From: Trueperaceae bacterium
Lineage (GTDB): Bacteria; Deinococcota; Deinococci; Deinococcales; Trueperaceae
Assembly (NCBI GenBank): GCA_965213925.1
Contig: OZ243927.1
Span: forward strand, 2,528,001 to 2,592,000
Direction: 5' to 3'
DNA length: 64,000 nucleotides
The first letter of the stretch is position 1. Each line of letters opens with the position of its first letter. Shown here piece by piece: positions 48,108 to 57,329 of the stretch. Below the pieces are notes generated by a model, which ran no database searches, was not told where the DNA came from, and was given only the letters and a program-made list of their open reading frames with translations. Both the position numbers and the translations under genes were made by a program.

Positions 48108-49646
48108 ATGTCGTCTGAATCAGCAGCGCCCGCTGTGCTGGGCGCGACGAACATCGCTCGAGACTTCGGTCCGGTGCGCGTCCTCGCAGACGTTTCCTTG
48201 ACGCTTAAACGCGGCGAAGTCCACGCGATACTAGGGGAGAACGGCGCGGGCAAGTCGACGCTGATGAAGATTTTAGCGGGGTATCTGGCTCCGAGCGAGG
48301 GGCGGCTCGAGCTCCACGGTGAGCCCGTCACCTTTAAGCGCAGCCGAGACGCCGAGGCGCAGGGCGTGGTGCTCATCCACCAGGAGATCAACCTAGCCGA
48401 CGACCTCACCGCCGAAGAGAACATCTTTTTAGGCGTCGAGGCGCACCGGGGACCCTTCGTCAAGCGGCGCGAGATGCGTGAACGCGCCGCCGAAGTGCTG
48501 CGCGAGCTAGAGACGCCCGTCGACCCGCGCACGCGCGTAGGTAAATTGAGCGTCTCGCAAAAGCAGATGGTCGAGATCGCCAAGGCTATAACCCGCGACG
48601 CCCGCGTGCTGCTCATGGACGAGCCTACGGACGTCCTCACGGGCAAAGAGACCGAGGTGCTCTTCGCGCTGATTCGCCGCCTCACGAGCCGCGGCGTCAC
48701 GGTAGCCTACATCTCGCACAAGCTCGAAGAGGTCGCCGCCATCTCGGACCGCGTCAGCGTGCTGCGCGACGGAAAGCTCGTCACCACGCAGCCGACCCGT
48801 GAGCTGAGCCAAGAGCGGATGGCGACCCTGATGGTCGGGCGCGAACTCTCCGACATGTACCCAGTCAAGCGCACGCCCGGCGAAGAGGTCGTCTTCGCGG
48901 CGCGAGGGGTGAACGTGCCGGGTTGGGCGCGGGGTATCTCCTTCGAGTTGCGGCGCGGCGAGGTGCTCGGCTTCGCGGGGCTCGTAGGTGCGGGGCGTAC
49001 GGAGCTTTTCGAGGGAATTTTGGGGTTGCGACCCAAGAGCGGCAGGCTCTATAGGGACGGTCAGCCGCTCGCCATCCAAACGCTTAAAGACGCCGTGGAT
49101 GTCGGCGTCGCTTACGTCAGCGAGGACCGCAAGGGTAAAGGGCTCATGACGGAGATGCGGCTGCGCCCCAACCTGACGCTGCTCTCGCTCGAGCGCTACG
49201 CCAACCCTCTTTTACAACCAAAACGCGAGATGGACGCCTTGGAGGACGCCGTTCGCGAGTTTGACATCCGCGTGCCGAATTTGCGCGCCGCCGCGCGGCT
49301 CCTCTCGGGCGGCAACCAGCAGAAGCTGGTGCTCGCCAAGACGATGGAGGTGACGCCGGACATCCTCATCTTAGACGAGCCGACGCGGGGCATCGACGTA
49401 GGGACGAAGCGGCAGATTTACTTTTTCATCCAGACGCTCTTGGAGGAGGGCAAGTCGTGTATCCTCATCTCGTCGGAACTCTCCGAAGTCGTCGGGCTCG
49501 CGCACCGCGTCGTGGTGATGCGTTCCGGGGAACAGATGGGGACGTTGGAAGGGAGCGACATCAGCGAACAGGAGATCGTCCGCTACGCGACCGGACTGAA
49601 GCGAGATACAGAAAAACGAGATGAGGTAGGACCCTATGCGACCTGA
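48108..49646 (+). CDS. Sugar (CUT2) ABC transporter ATP-binding protein
   Basis: GENGAGKST, two ABC domains, LSGGNQQK and DEPTRGID motifs. Confidence 0.95.
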   Translation: MSSESAAPAVLGATNIARDFGPVRVLADVSLTLKRGEVHAILGENGAGKSTLMKILAGYLAPSEGRLELHGEPVTFKRSRDAEAQGVVLIHQEINLADDLTAEENIFLGVEAHRGPFVKRREMRERAAEVLRELETPVDPRTRVGKLSVSQKQMVEIAKAITRDARVLLMDEPTDVLTGKETEVLFALIRRLTSRGVTVAYISHKLEEVAAISDRVSVLRDGKLVTTQPTRELSQERMATLMVGRELSDMYPVKRTPGEEVVFAARGVNVPGWARGISFELRRGEVLGFAGLVGAGRTELFEGILGLRPKSGRLYRDGQPLAIQTLKDAVDVGVAYVSEDRKGKGLMTEMRLRPNLTLLSLERYANPLLQPKREMDALEDAVREFDIRVPNLRAAARLLSGGNQQKLVLAKTMEVTPDILILDEPTRGIDVGTKRQIYFFIQTLLEEGKSCILISSELSEVVGLAHRVVVMRSGEQMGTLEGSDISEQEIVRYATGLKRDTEKRDEVGPYAT

Positions 49647-50655
49647 GCCCAGCGCCCAAAGCGACGCCTCAAAAAATAACGCCCAAAGAGGTCGCTCTGG
49701 TTTCGACATTCGCATCCTCGGGCCGCTGCTCGGTCTGGTTGCCCTCTTCGTCGTGGGCGCGCTCATCAACCCGGTCTTCTTGTCGCCGACGAACCTCTTC
49801 AATGTCCTGACAAGAAGCGCGTTCATAGGCATCATTGCCGTCGGCGCGACCTTCGTGATCATCGCCGGGGGCATCGATCTCTCGGTCGGGTCGATGGCGG
49901 CGTTTATCGCAGGCGTGATGATCATCGTCATGAATACCGCCGTGGATACGTTCGGCGCAGGCGTGCTAACGGTCCTCATCGGTATTTTAGCCTCGCTGCT
50001 GCTGGGTCTATTGGCGGGTCTCGTGAACGGATTGACGATCACCAAGGGAGCGATCGCGCCCTTTATCGTCACGCTCGGCACGCTCGGCATCTACCGCTCG
50101 CTCGTGACTTACTTCGCGAACGGGGGCACGCTCTCGCTTGACTTCGGGGTGCGCTCCGTCTACGGACCCGTCTACTCCGGCTCGTTTTTGGGCGTTCCGT
50201 ACCCTATCTGGGTATTCGCAGCGGTCGCTATCATCGGCAGCATCATCTTGCACCGGACGCGGCTGGGGCGCTACGTTTACGCCATCGGCTCCAACGAACA
50301 GGTCGCCCGCTACTCCGCGATCCGTGTAGACCGCGTCAAGACGCTCACCTACGTGTTGCAAGGGCTCTGCGTGTCGCTCGCGACGATTATCTACGTGCCG
50401 CGCCTCGGCTCGGCGTCGGCGAGCACGGGGGTCTTGTGGGAACTCGAGGCGATCGCCGCCGTGATCATCGGCGGCACGGCGCTTAAAGGTGGCTCGGGAC
50501 ATATCTGGGGCACGGTGGTAGGCGCGGTGATGCTCTCGACCATCGGCAACGTCTTGAACCTCACGGGGTTCATCAGTGAGTACCTCAACGGCGCGGTGCA
50601 GGGCGTCATCATCATCGCGGCGGTGCTGCTGCAGCGGCGGGGCGGCGATGAGTAG
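49636..50655 (+). CDS. Sugar ABC transporter permease (RbsC-like)
   Basis: [15 protein letters not shown] and [12 protein letters not shown] motifs. Confidence 0.94.
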   Translation: MRPEPSAQSDASKNNAQRGRSGFDIRILGPLLGLVALFVVGALINPVFLSPTNLFNVLTRSAFIGIIAVGATFVIIAGGIDLSVGSMAAFIAGVMIIVMNTAVDTFGAGVLTVLIGILASLLLGLLAGLVNGLTITKGAIAPFIVTLGTLGIYRSLVTYFANGGTLSLDFGVRSVYGPVYSGSFLGVPYPIWVFAAVAIIGSIILHRTRLGRYVYAIGSNEQVARYSAIRVDRVKTLTYVLQGLCVSLATIIYVPRLGSASASTGVLWELEAIAAVIIGGTALKGGSGHIWGTVVGAVMLSTIGNVLNLTGFISEYLNGAVQGVIIIAAVLLQRRGGDE

Positions 50656-50748
50656 TGCCCCTATAGGAGGTGCAAGGTGACGTAGCCTCCATCCGCTTCC
50701 GTATCTACACGCTTAACACCTACTCGAGCACCACGAAAGGAACCCTTT

Positions 50749-51690
50749 ATGAAACGCTTTCTCCTCGCTCTCACCTCTCTTCTCGCGCTAGGCGTTGCTA
50801 ATGCACAAGACGAAACCGTCACCATCGGCGTTTCGATCCCCGCCGCCACGCACGGCTGGACGGGCGGCGTCAACTTCTGGGCGGACCAGGCGGCGACGCA
50901 GCTCCAAGAGACCTATCCGAACCTCGAGTTCGTCATCGCCACCGCCTCCGACCCCGGCGAACAAGCCAACGACCTGCAGGACTTACTCGCCATCAACCAG
51001 ATCGACGCGCTCGTCGTGCTGCCCTTCGAGTCCGACCCGCTGACGCAGCCCGTCGCGCAGGTGAAAGAGCAGGGCGTCTTCATCACCGTCGTCGACCGCG
51101 GTCTCGCCGACCCTAGCATCCAGGACCTCTACGTCGCGGGGGACAACGAGGCGTTCGGGCGCGTCGCGGGGGAATACTTCACCGGGCGGCTCGGCGAGGG
51201 CGACAACATCGTCATTTTGCGCGGACTGCCCACCGTCATCGACAACCAACGCTTCGACGCCTTTAACGCGGCGCTCGAGGGTTCGGGCATCAACGTTTTA
51301 GATAGCCAATACGGCAACTGGAACCGCGACGACGCCTTTAACGTGGCCCAGGACATGCTGACGCGCTTCCCGGACATCGACGCGATTTGGGCGTCGGACG
51401 ACGACATGGCAGAGGGCGTCCTCGCCGCCGTCCAGCAAGCGAACCGCGCCGAAGACCTCTTTATCGTCGGCGGCGCGGGCAAAAAGGAGATCATCCAGCG
51501 CGTGATGGAGGGCGACGACCTCATCCCCGTGGACGTGACCTATCCGCCCTCGATGATCGCCACGGCGATGAAGGTCACAGCGCTCCAGTACACCGGGAGC
51601 GTGCCGATTGTGGGGGAGTATCTGCTCGAGTCTCAACTCGTCACCCCCGAAAACGCCGAAGCCTTCTACTACCCGGATTCACCCTTCTAA
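50749..51690 (+). CDS. Sugar ABC transporter substrate-binding protein
   Basis: Signal peptide; periplasmic binding protein type I motifs (VDR, GDN, W..DDDMA.G). Confidence 0.92.
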   Translation: MKRFLLALTSLLALGVANAQDETVTIGVSIPAATHGWTGGVNFWADQAATQLQETYPNLEFVIATASDPGEQANDLQDLLAINQIDALVVLPFESDPLTQPVAQVKEQGVFITVVDRGLADPSIQDLYVAGDNEAFGRVAGEYFTGRLGEGDNIVILRGLPTVIDNQRFDAFNAALEGSGINVLDSQYGNWNRDDAFNVAQDMLTRFPDIDAIWASDDDMAEGVLAAVQQANRAEDLFIVGGAGKKEIIQRVMEGDDLIPVDVTYPPSMIATAMKVTALQYTGSVPIVGEYLLESQLVTPENAEAFYYPDSPF

Positions 51691-51709
51691 AGACCTCTTT
51701 TGCCTCTAT

Positions 51710-51737
51710 CAGGGCGGCTTTTAGGTCGCCCTTTTTT
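51710..51737 (+). terminator. Intrinsic terminator of the sugar ABC operon
   Basis: AGGGCGGC-loop-GTCGCCCT followed by TTTTT. Confidence 0.75.
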
Positions 51738-51743
51738 GGCGTC

Positions 51744-51912
51744 ATACGGATTCCGATTGATTACTTCATAAACTCCGTTACGAAGTTTTGCCTCCGGCAA
51801 ACGCTACGCGCTTCGCTATCGTCGGAGTTGATTACGTACTCATCGGAATCCGTAGTCTTTTCAACTCGCTACGCTCAGGTTAATTTTTATAGGAATTAAC
51901 CGGAAACTGTAT
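51744..51912. repeat. Deinococcus SNR-like small non-coding repeat / MITE
   Basis: Starts ATACGGATTCCGATTGA, internal inverted ATCGGAATCCGTA (51842-51854), ends AATTAACCGGAAACTGTAT; resembles, from memory, Deinococcus repeats bounded by ATACGGATTCCG...CGGAATCCGTAT. Confidence 0.7.
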
Positions 51913-53315
51913 CAGTTGGTTTCTACAGGTAGGAGCCAGTCTCTATGCGCGAGGCTATAGACCTCTTCTGTCAAGTCAACCGTAGAGTCCACGAAGGGAC
52001 GACTCCCTCGCCCATTCATGCTCACGTAAGATTCGGCATAAACCGCCACGTCCTCATAGCCTTGCGCCGCGAATTCGTCCTCTAAAAAGTGTGCGAACTG
52101 TAAGATCATGTCCGGCTGATACGCCATCTGTTTCTCCTGCTGCGGCGTGAGGTAGTCGCCCGGAAAGATGTCCCAAGACTTACCTGTACTCTCGTCTAAA
52201 ACTGTGAAAAACGCCGTCCCCGACTTGTCTACGAGCATCACGCGCCAGGCGAAGCGGAAGCCCTCTTCGGTCCAGAGGACGTTGCCGGGGTAGGCGAGGT
52301 GGCGCAGGGGCATGGCGAGTTGGAACACGAGGAAGAGGGTTAGAAGGGTGACGGTGAAGAGATTGGGACGAGTTTTTATCTGTTTGGGGGCTCGAGTCTC
52401 ACCAAAATTAAAATGCCCAGAGAGGTTCAACCACCGCGCCACCCTCTGATAGTCCCGTTCAGAAAAGAAAATTAGCGTCGCCGCCATCATAATCCACGGA
52501 AACATGCCGATGGGAAAGAGAATCGCTGTAAGGACGTGAAAGGCAACCACCGCGAGATACGCGAACGCCCGCGTCCGCCACCAAAGCAAGAGAAAAGGTA
52601 TCGAGAGGTCGAAAAGGAGCCCCGCCCAACTCATCGCAAAAGCGACCCAGGTGGTATCAAAAAGAGGTCCGATAAGGGGTAAATCTGTGTTCGTGCGGAG
52701 CCACGTTTGTAGGGGCATGGCGCGCCATAGCCAGTCGGGTTCTAACTTGGCGATTCCCGCGAAGAGGTACACGAGCGCAAGCTGAGCGCGAATGGCGTAA
52801 ATCGTCCAAGCGGGGGTGTGACTCACCTTTTCAACAAGTCCCAAACGCACATCTAACGAAAAGGCGCGGTGCAGCGGAGAGAAGATGAGGAGGAAACTCA
52901 GCAGCGAGATGAAGTAGTAGTGATTCAGATAGTACGTCTTGTCGATAAGTTCGGCGTAGGTGAAAAGGAGGAAAAACGCGGTGATGCTAAAGCGGTAGAA
53001 AAGCCCTACGGCAACGAAAAGAGACAAGAGCGCGGTGAGCCCGAGGACGGCGACCATCCACGCGCTTGGAAGAGGTTTTACCCAGCCAAAACCTAGATAG
53101 GTGAAGTGAAACTGCGGCGCTAAGTAAAACTCCGAGACCCAACCCCTCGCCATAAACCGCACCGTACTCGCGAACATCAAGACGCCGAAGCCGATGCGGA
53201 AGATGACTAAAGGGAGGATGCTAAGAGGAGTGCTCAGCCAGGTTTTGACGGTGCTGATGAGGTCTGAGCCACCTACAAATTTAGATTTTGCCGCTTGACC
53301 GGACGCCGTCGTCAT
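51912..53315 (-). CDS. HTTM domain / vitamin K-dependent gamma-glutamyl carboxylase-like membrane protein
   Basis: FRI.FG, DKTYYLNHYY, VYLFAGIAKL..DW, IGMFP, EEGFRFAWRVML, QPDMILQFAH and SMNGR motifs. Confidence 0.9.
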   Translation of the reverse strand: MTTASGQAAKSKFVGGSDLISTVKTWLSTPLSILPLVIFRIGFGVLMFASTVRFMARGWVSEFYLAPQFHFTYLGFGWVKPLPSAWMVAVLGLTALLSLFVAVGLFYRFSITAFFLLFTYAELIDKTYYLNHYYFISLLSFLLIFSPLHRAFSLDVRLGLVEKVSHTPAWTIYAIRAQLALVYLFAGIAKLEPDWLWRAMPLQTWLRTNTDLPLIGPLFDTTWVAFAMSWAGLLFDLSIPFLLLWWRTRAFAYLAVVAFHVLTAILFPIGMFPWIMMAATLIFFSERDYQRVARWLNLSGHFNFGETRAPKQIKTRPNLFTVTLLTLFLVFQLAMPLRHLAYPGNVLWTEEGFRFAWRVMLVDKSGTAFFTVLDESTGKSWDIFPGDYLTPQQEKQMAYQPDMILQFAHFLEDEFAAQGYEDVAVYAESYVSMNGRGSRPFVDSTVDLTEEVYSLAHRDWLLPVETN

Positions 53316-53326
53316 GTTGAACCCGA

Positions 53327-54439
53327 CTAATCCCCATCCGTGTCGTTAAACGTCACCGTCACGCCCATCTGGTTGCCCATGTCGGACTTTAAGAGGATGA
53401 CTAAAAGCCGCGCTTTGTCGTAGGCGGTTTGTACCGTGTCGGGCTGTTCAATTACAGCTTGATTCAGCGGCATATCGATAGCGTTAAGTGCAGCCAGCGT
53501 CTCGTCTATCTGCTCGTCGATCGTTTCCGAAAGCGGTCCGTAAGCGTAAAAGGCGTCTACATAGTTCAGATAGTCGTCAAAGCCCAAACCTTCCGCGCCG
53601 TTGAAGGTCATTTTCAGCGCTTCTACGTTGCTGATGAGGTTCGCTAGAGACGCCTCGCTCCGCGCCGCTTCCGCCAGCTCAGGTGCAGGCTCGCCGCCGT
53701 TCATCTTGCCGAGCGGTGCGCCCAGCTTGTCGCGCACGATCACTTCGGAGAGGTTGATCATCTCGTTCACGAGCATGTTGATGGAGCCCTGCGTCTTGCT
53801 GCCCTGCTCGTCGGCAGCGGCGAAGGTGGCGGCGTAGTTCTCGCCGCCCGGGGACCAGAGGGTGTGGAGTTCGGTGGCTTTTTGCGAGAGGTTTTGCGAG
53901 AGGTCAACCAGGTAGTCCATCCGCGCTGGCTCTTCTAAAGAGGTCAGTACCGCTTCGTCACCCGCCGGGTCGAAGAGGAGGTACTCGAGCGCGGGCAACC
54001 CCTTCGAGGTCGAGCCGACGTTTTCAACGTTTGCGCCTTCAGCAATCGCCTCGTCAATCAGCGCAGGGTCGGTGGGCGTCTTGCTGATCTGGTTGAAGAG
54101 GAGGGTCATCTCTAAGCCGCCCACTTCGAAGAGGTTGACGCGCTGCCACGCCGTGCTCGCCGCCTTCCAAGCCTCTTGCGCAGCTTGAAGTGTTTCTAGC
54201 GTAGGATTCTGATCGAGCGTCGCAACCACTTCTTCCAACGCCCTAGCTTCCTCCACAAAGGTTTGTTGTGAGGGCAAGATGACGTTTCGGGCGATATTCT
54301 CAAGCATCGCCTTGCGTTCGAACCCCTCGTCTTGCGCGCTTGCCGCTTCAGTTGAACTCGAGTTCTCTTGCGCCCAAACGACGAGGGGTAAAAGGGTAAT
54401 CAAAAGGCAAAATAACAACGCTGCTCTGCCGAACTTCAT
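53327..54439 (-). CDS. Imelysin family (peptidase M75-like) protein, His-less variant
   Basis: Signal peptide; AQEAW, KGLPALEYLLF, KLG.P.G and C-terminal FND.DGD motifs. Confidence 0.85.
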   Translation of the reverse strand: MKFGRAALLFCLLITLLPLVVWAQENSSSTEAASAQDEGFERKAMLENIARNVILPSQQTFVEEARALEEVVATLDQNPTLETLQAAQEAWKAASTAWQRVNLFEVGGLEMTLLFNQISKTPTDPALIDEAIAEGANVENVGSTSKGLPALEYLLFDPAGDEAVLTSLEEPARMDYLVDLSQNLSQKATELHTLWSPGGENYAATFAAADEQGSKTQGSINMLVNEMINLSEVIVRDKLGAPLGKMNGGEPAPELAEAARSEASLANLISNVEALKMTFNGAEGLGFDDYLNYVDAFYAYGPLSETIDEQIDETLAALNAIDMPLNQAVIEQPDTVQTAYDKARLLVILLKSDMGNQMGVTVTFNDTDGD

Positions 54440-54482
54440 GGGTTAGCTCCTCGAGTGAATGAGAGGTGAATTCTTGAAACCA

Positions 54483-55895
54483 TCACAGTGAACCTAAAAA
54501 CGCCAACAGCGCCTCTCGGTCCTCTTTCGTCATGTTGATAAACCTGTCTTTGGACGCTTCCGCCTCGCCGCCGTGCCACAAAATCGCCTCTGCCAAGTTC
54601 CGCGCCCGCCCGTCGTGCAGATAGTTGGTGTGCCCGTTGACGGTTTCAAAGAGCCCGACGCCCCAGAGTGGCGGCGTGCGCCATTCGCTGCCTTTGGCGT
54701 CAAAGTCCGAAAGGTCGTCGGCTAAGCCTTCGCCCATGTCGTGAAGGAGCAGGTCGGTGTAAGGGTGAATGGTCTGGTTGGACACTGCGGGGATGGTCGG
54801 GTGTTCGCCCGTCTGCTGCGTTTCCGTGTGACATGCGGTGCAGGTTGCCTGCCGGAAAAGTTCACGACCTCTTACCACCTCGAGATCGTCCGGGTTGCGC
54901 TGGGCAGGGACGGCGAGGGTGCTCGAGTACAGCACCAGTTTGCGCAAATCGTCCGCTGGAATCTCCGGCTCGCCCGCCGCGTCGCTGCCGCTCTGCACCT
55001 CTAAGCACGCGGTTTGCGCAACGGCGCACCCTTCATCGGGGAACACATCTGTGGTAATGCCGATGTCGCCTGAAAACGCGGCGGCGGCTTGCTGCAAAAT
55101 CGTAGGCTGCTCCGCCTTCCAACCGAAACGCCCGATGTTCATGTCCTCTTTCTGAACGTCCCACACGGTGTTGACCCGTCCCGAAATGCCGTCGCCGTTC
55201 GCGTCGTCGGAGTCGGCGGCGGCGAGCAAGGCGTCATCTGGGATGGCTTCTAAGAGCCCTAAGCCGATCATCTGGTTGGCCACTCTGGGCGACAGCGCCA
55301 CCTCTTCGCTCAGGTCGCCATAAGCTAAGTTCTCTAAACGATAGGTCGGTTTGCGCAAGCTGTACGGCGTTCCATCTGCGTATTGCCCCGTGACCTCTTC
55401 GTAGTCAATCTCGAGCGTGCCCTCCGGCTTCACCTCTTGCACCGCGCTGTCCTGAAACTGCGTGCCGTAGTTCGGCTCGGGCAGGGGCGCACCGTGCACG
55501 TCTTCGCCGGGCATCCCCAAGCGAATCAGCAAGCCCGAGACCTCGCTCGGCTCTTCGGGTGGTCTGCCGCGCCCATCCTTGAAGTGACAGCTCGCGCAGG
55601 AGCGGGCGTTGAAGAAGGGACCTAAACCGTCCCTCGCCGTTGTCGAGGCGGGCGCTGTAACCCAGTTTTGATTGAAGAACGAGTTGCCGACGAAAAACAT
55701 CAATTCCTCTTCACGCTCCAAGCCGGGGATAGGCTGACCGAAGGCGTTGGGGGTCGTGTTGACGATGGTCGCCTGTCCGCCTAAGAGGTCGGTGCGCTCG
55801 GGTTTCTCACCTGTATTAAGTTGCGTTGCCGCGACAAGAATAAGGACGATGAAAGGCAGAATTGCGAGAGGTAAAATAGGGGTATATCGTTTCAA
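54483..55895 (-). CDS. Di-heme oxidoreductase family protein (DHOR/DUF1111)
   Basis: GLGP.FNARSCASCH and CTACH heme motifs, GRFGWKA, TDLLLHDMG and LHDGRAR...EAILWHGGE. Confidence 0.92.
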   Translation of the reverse strand: MKRYTPILPLAILPFIVLILVAATQLNTGEKPERTDLLGGQATIVNTTPNAFGQPIPGLEREEELMFFVGNSFFNQNWVTAPASTTARDGLGPFFNARSCASCHFKDGRGRPPEEPSEVSGLLIRLGMPGEDVHGAPLPEPNYGTQFQDSAVQEVKPEGTLEIDYEEVTGQYADGTPYSLRKPTYRLENLAYGDLSEEVALSPRVANQMIGLGLLEAIPDDALLAAADSDDANGDGISGRVNTVWDVQKEDMNIGRFGWKAEQPTILQQAAAAFSGDIGITTDVFPDEGCAVAQTACLEVQSGSDAAGEPEIPADDLRKLVLYSSTLAVPAQRNPDDLEVVRGRELFRQATCTACHTETQQTGEHPTIPAVSNQTIHPYTDLLLHDMGEGLADDLSDFDAKGSEWRTPPLWGVGLFETVNGHTNYLHDGRARNLAEAILWHGGEAEASKDRFINMTKEDREALLAFLGSL

Positions 55896-55935
55896 AGTTT
55901 TGTCCTACGTGCTCTTTCTGTGTCCACATCAGAAG

Positions 55936-55959
55936 AACAAGGGGTTGCAACCCCTTGTT
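55936..55959. repeat. REP-like 24-bp perfect palindrome
   Basis: Identical to 673-696. Confidence 0.75.
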
Positions 55960-55971
55960 AAGTGCGTTTCT

Positions 55972-57120
55972 CTACTCCGGCAGTGCGGTGTTGATGGTGA
56001 GACCTAGGGTGCTCGAGGCTTCCGCGATCATGTCGCCCGTGTCGAGTAGCGTCATGACGAGTTCTAAAACCTGCTCTCGGCTCTCCTCGTTGACAATCGC
56101 CTGGTCGAAGGGGACGGGGATATTTTGCGCTTGCGTCTCGCTCGTCTCCAGAAGGGTTTGCATCTGCGCGTCCATGTCGGGGTTTGCCGCCGCCACGACC
56201 TCTTCTAAACCTGCGCCTTCCACAACGCTACCGTCTAAGCGCGTGTAGGAGCCCTTGTAGACGTTTTCGATGCCCTGAAGATTCGTGATGATATCGCGGT
56301 GGGTGTTGTCGCTGAAGCAGGAGTGCTCGTCCTCTTGGTTCTGGTTGTCGTACGCGGTGAAGATGCGCTCGCCTGCGAGTTCGGACTTGGCTAAGACGCC
56401 GATGCCGGTCATCATGTTCGTCAAGGCTTCGTCGGGGTTCATCGCCAAGAATTCGGCGCGGTAGTTGCTCGAAGCGTCGGGGCTCCACGCTTCGACGAGC
56501 GTCTCGAGGTTTTCCGTGAGCAACCCGGCAGCGGCGGAGAGGTAGGCGGCGCGGCGCTCGGCGTGCTCGTCGGTGGTGTAGTCGGTAACGGGGCGCTGAC
56601 CGTTCGTCTCGGCGCTCAGGTCTTGTCCCCAGAGGAGAAATTCAATCGCGTGATAGCCCGTCGAGATGTTCTCTTCTGCGCCCGCTTCGTTGAGAGATAC
56701 GAGCAAATCCTTGTCGACCGTCGGGTACGAGTCGGGACTACCTACGATGCCCGCTTCGGGCGCGCCTTCGACGTAATCGACGTAGGCTTCGTCTAAGGGC
56801 CACGCATTGAGGAGCCCTTCGGGACCGTCTGCGTCGTCAATTGGACCGCCGTAGAAGCGGTACGCCTCGGTCTGCCCGTAGGGTTCTTGCGCGGCGAGCC
56901 ACGCTTCTTTGGCGGCGGCTAAGGTCGTCTCGTTCGGGTCGGCTAGAAAAGCGTCGATCTCTTCTTGTAGAGAGGTCGCTAAGGTGAGCGAGTCCTCGTA
57001 GCTGGCGTAAACGAGGTCGGCGTAGGTCTCCATGACCTCTTGTTTGAGTGCGTCGTCTTGTGCGTGTCCAAAAGCAATCAAGCAGACGATAATGGACAGT
57101 AAAATAGCTTTGACGTTCAT
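55972..57120 (-). CDS. Imelysin family iron-regulated protein (IrpA/LruB-like)
   Basis: NAWPLDE, TGYHAIEFLLWGQD (GxHxxE) and EDEHSCFSDNT motifs; signal peptide; start after AAGGAG. Confidence 0.9.
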   Translation of the reverse strand: MNVKAILLSIIVCLIAFGHAQDDALKQEVMETYADLVYASYEDSLTLATSLQEEIDAFLADPNETTLAAAKEAWLAAQEPYGQTEAYRFYGGPIDDADGPEGLLNAWPLDEAYVDYVEGAPEAGIVGSPDSYPTVDKDLLVSLNEAGAEENISTGYHAIEFLLWGQDLSAETNGQRPVTDYTTDEHAERRAAYLSAAAGLLTENLETLVEAWSPDASSNYRAEFLAMNPDEALTNMMTGIGVLAKSELAGERIFTAYDNQNQEDEHSCFSDNTHRDIITNLQGIENVYKGSYTRLDGSVVEGAGLEEVVAAANPDMDAQMQTLLETSETQAQNIPVPFDQAIVNEESREQVLELVMTLLDTGDMIAEASSTLGLTINTALPE

Positions 57121-57144
57121 CTCTCTCCTTAGAGTCTTCAATCT

Positions 57145-57169
57145 AATCCCAAGTAGATTGCTCGGAATT
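57145..57169. promoter_or_regulatory. Candidate Rrf2/IscR-type operator (11-3-11 imperfect palindrome)
   Basis: Minus-strand AATTCCGAGCA-ATC-TACTTGGGATT with 8/11 arm symmetry, just downstream of the promoter. Confidence 0.5.
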
Positions 57170-57180
57170 GAGCTACGACC

Positions 57181-57210
57181 ATCGTATGCCCACCGTGAAG
57201 AAGTTGTCAA
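57181..57210 (-). promoter_or_regulatory. Sigma70-type promoter of the imelysin operon
   Basis: TTGACA-18 nt-TACGAT on the minus strand. Confidence 0.65.
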
Positions 57211-57329
57211 GGGTAGAGTAGCCCCTCGGGACCGTTCCTATTTGCGTGTAGAAAGGGCTATTTTATAGACTCGGCTAAGATGCTCGAGCCGACTTCCGAG
57301 AGGTCGGTGGAATAGAGCAGATTCCGCCG

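Noticed and set aside
51387..51899. 170-aa ORF running through the repeat after the sugar-binding protein
   Set aside because: Alternative frame of a real gene continuing through a terminator and a non-coding repeat
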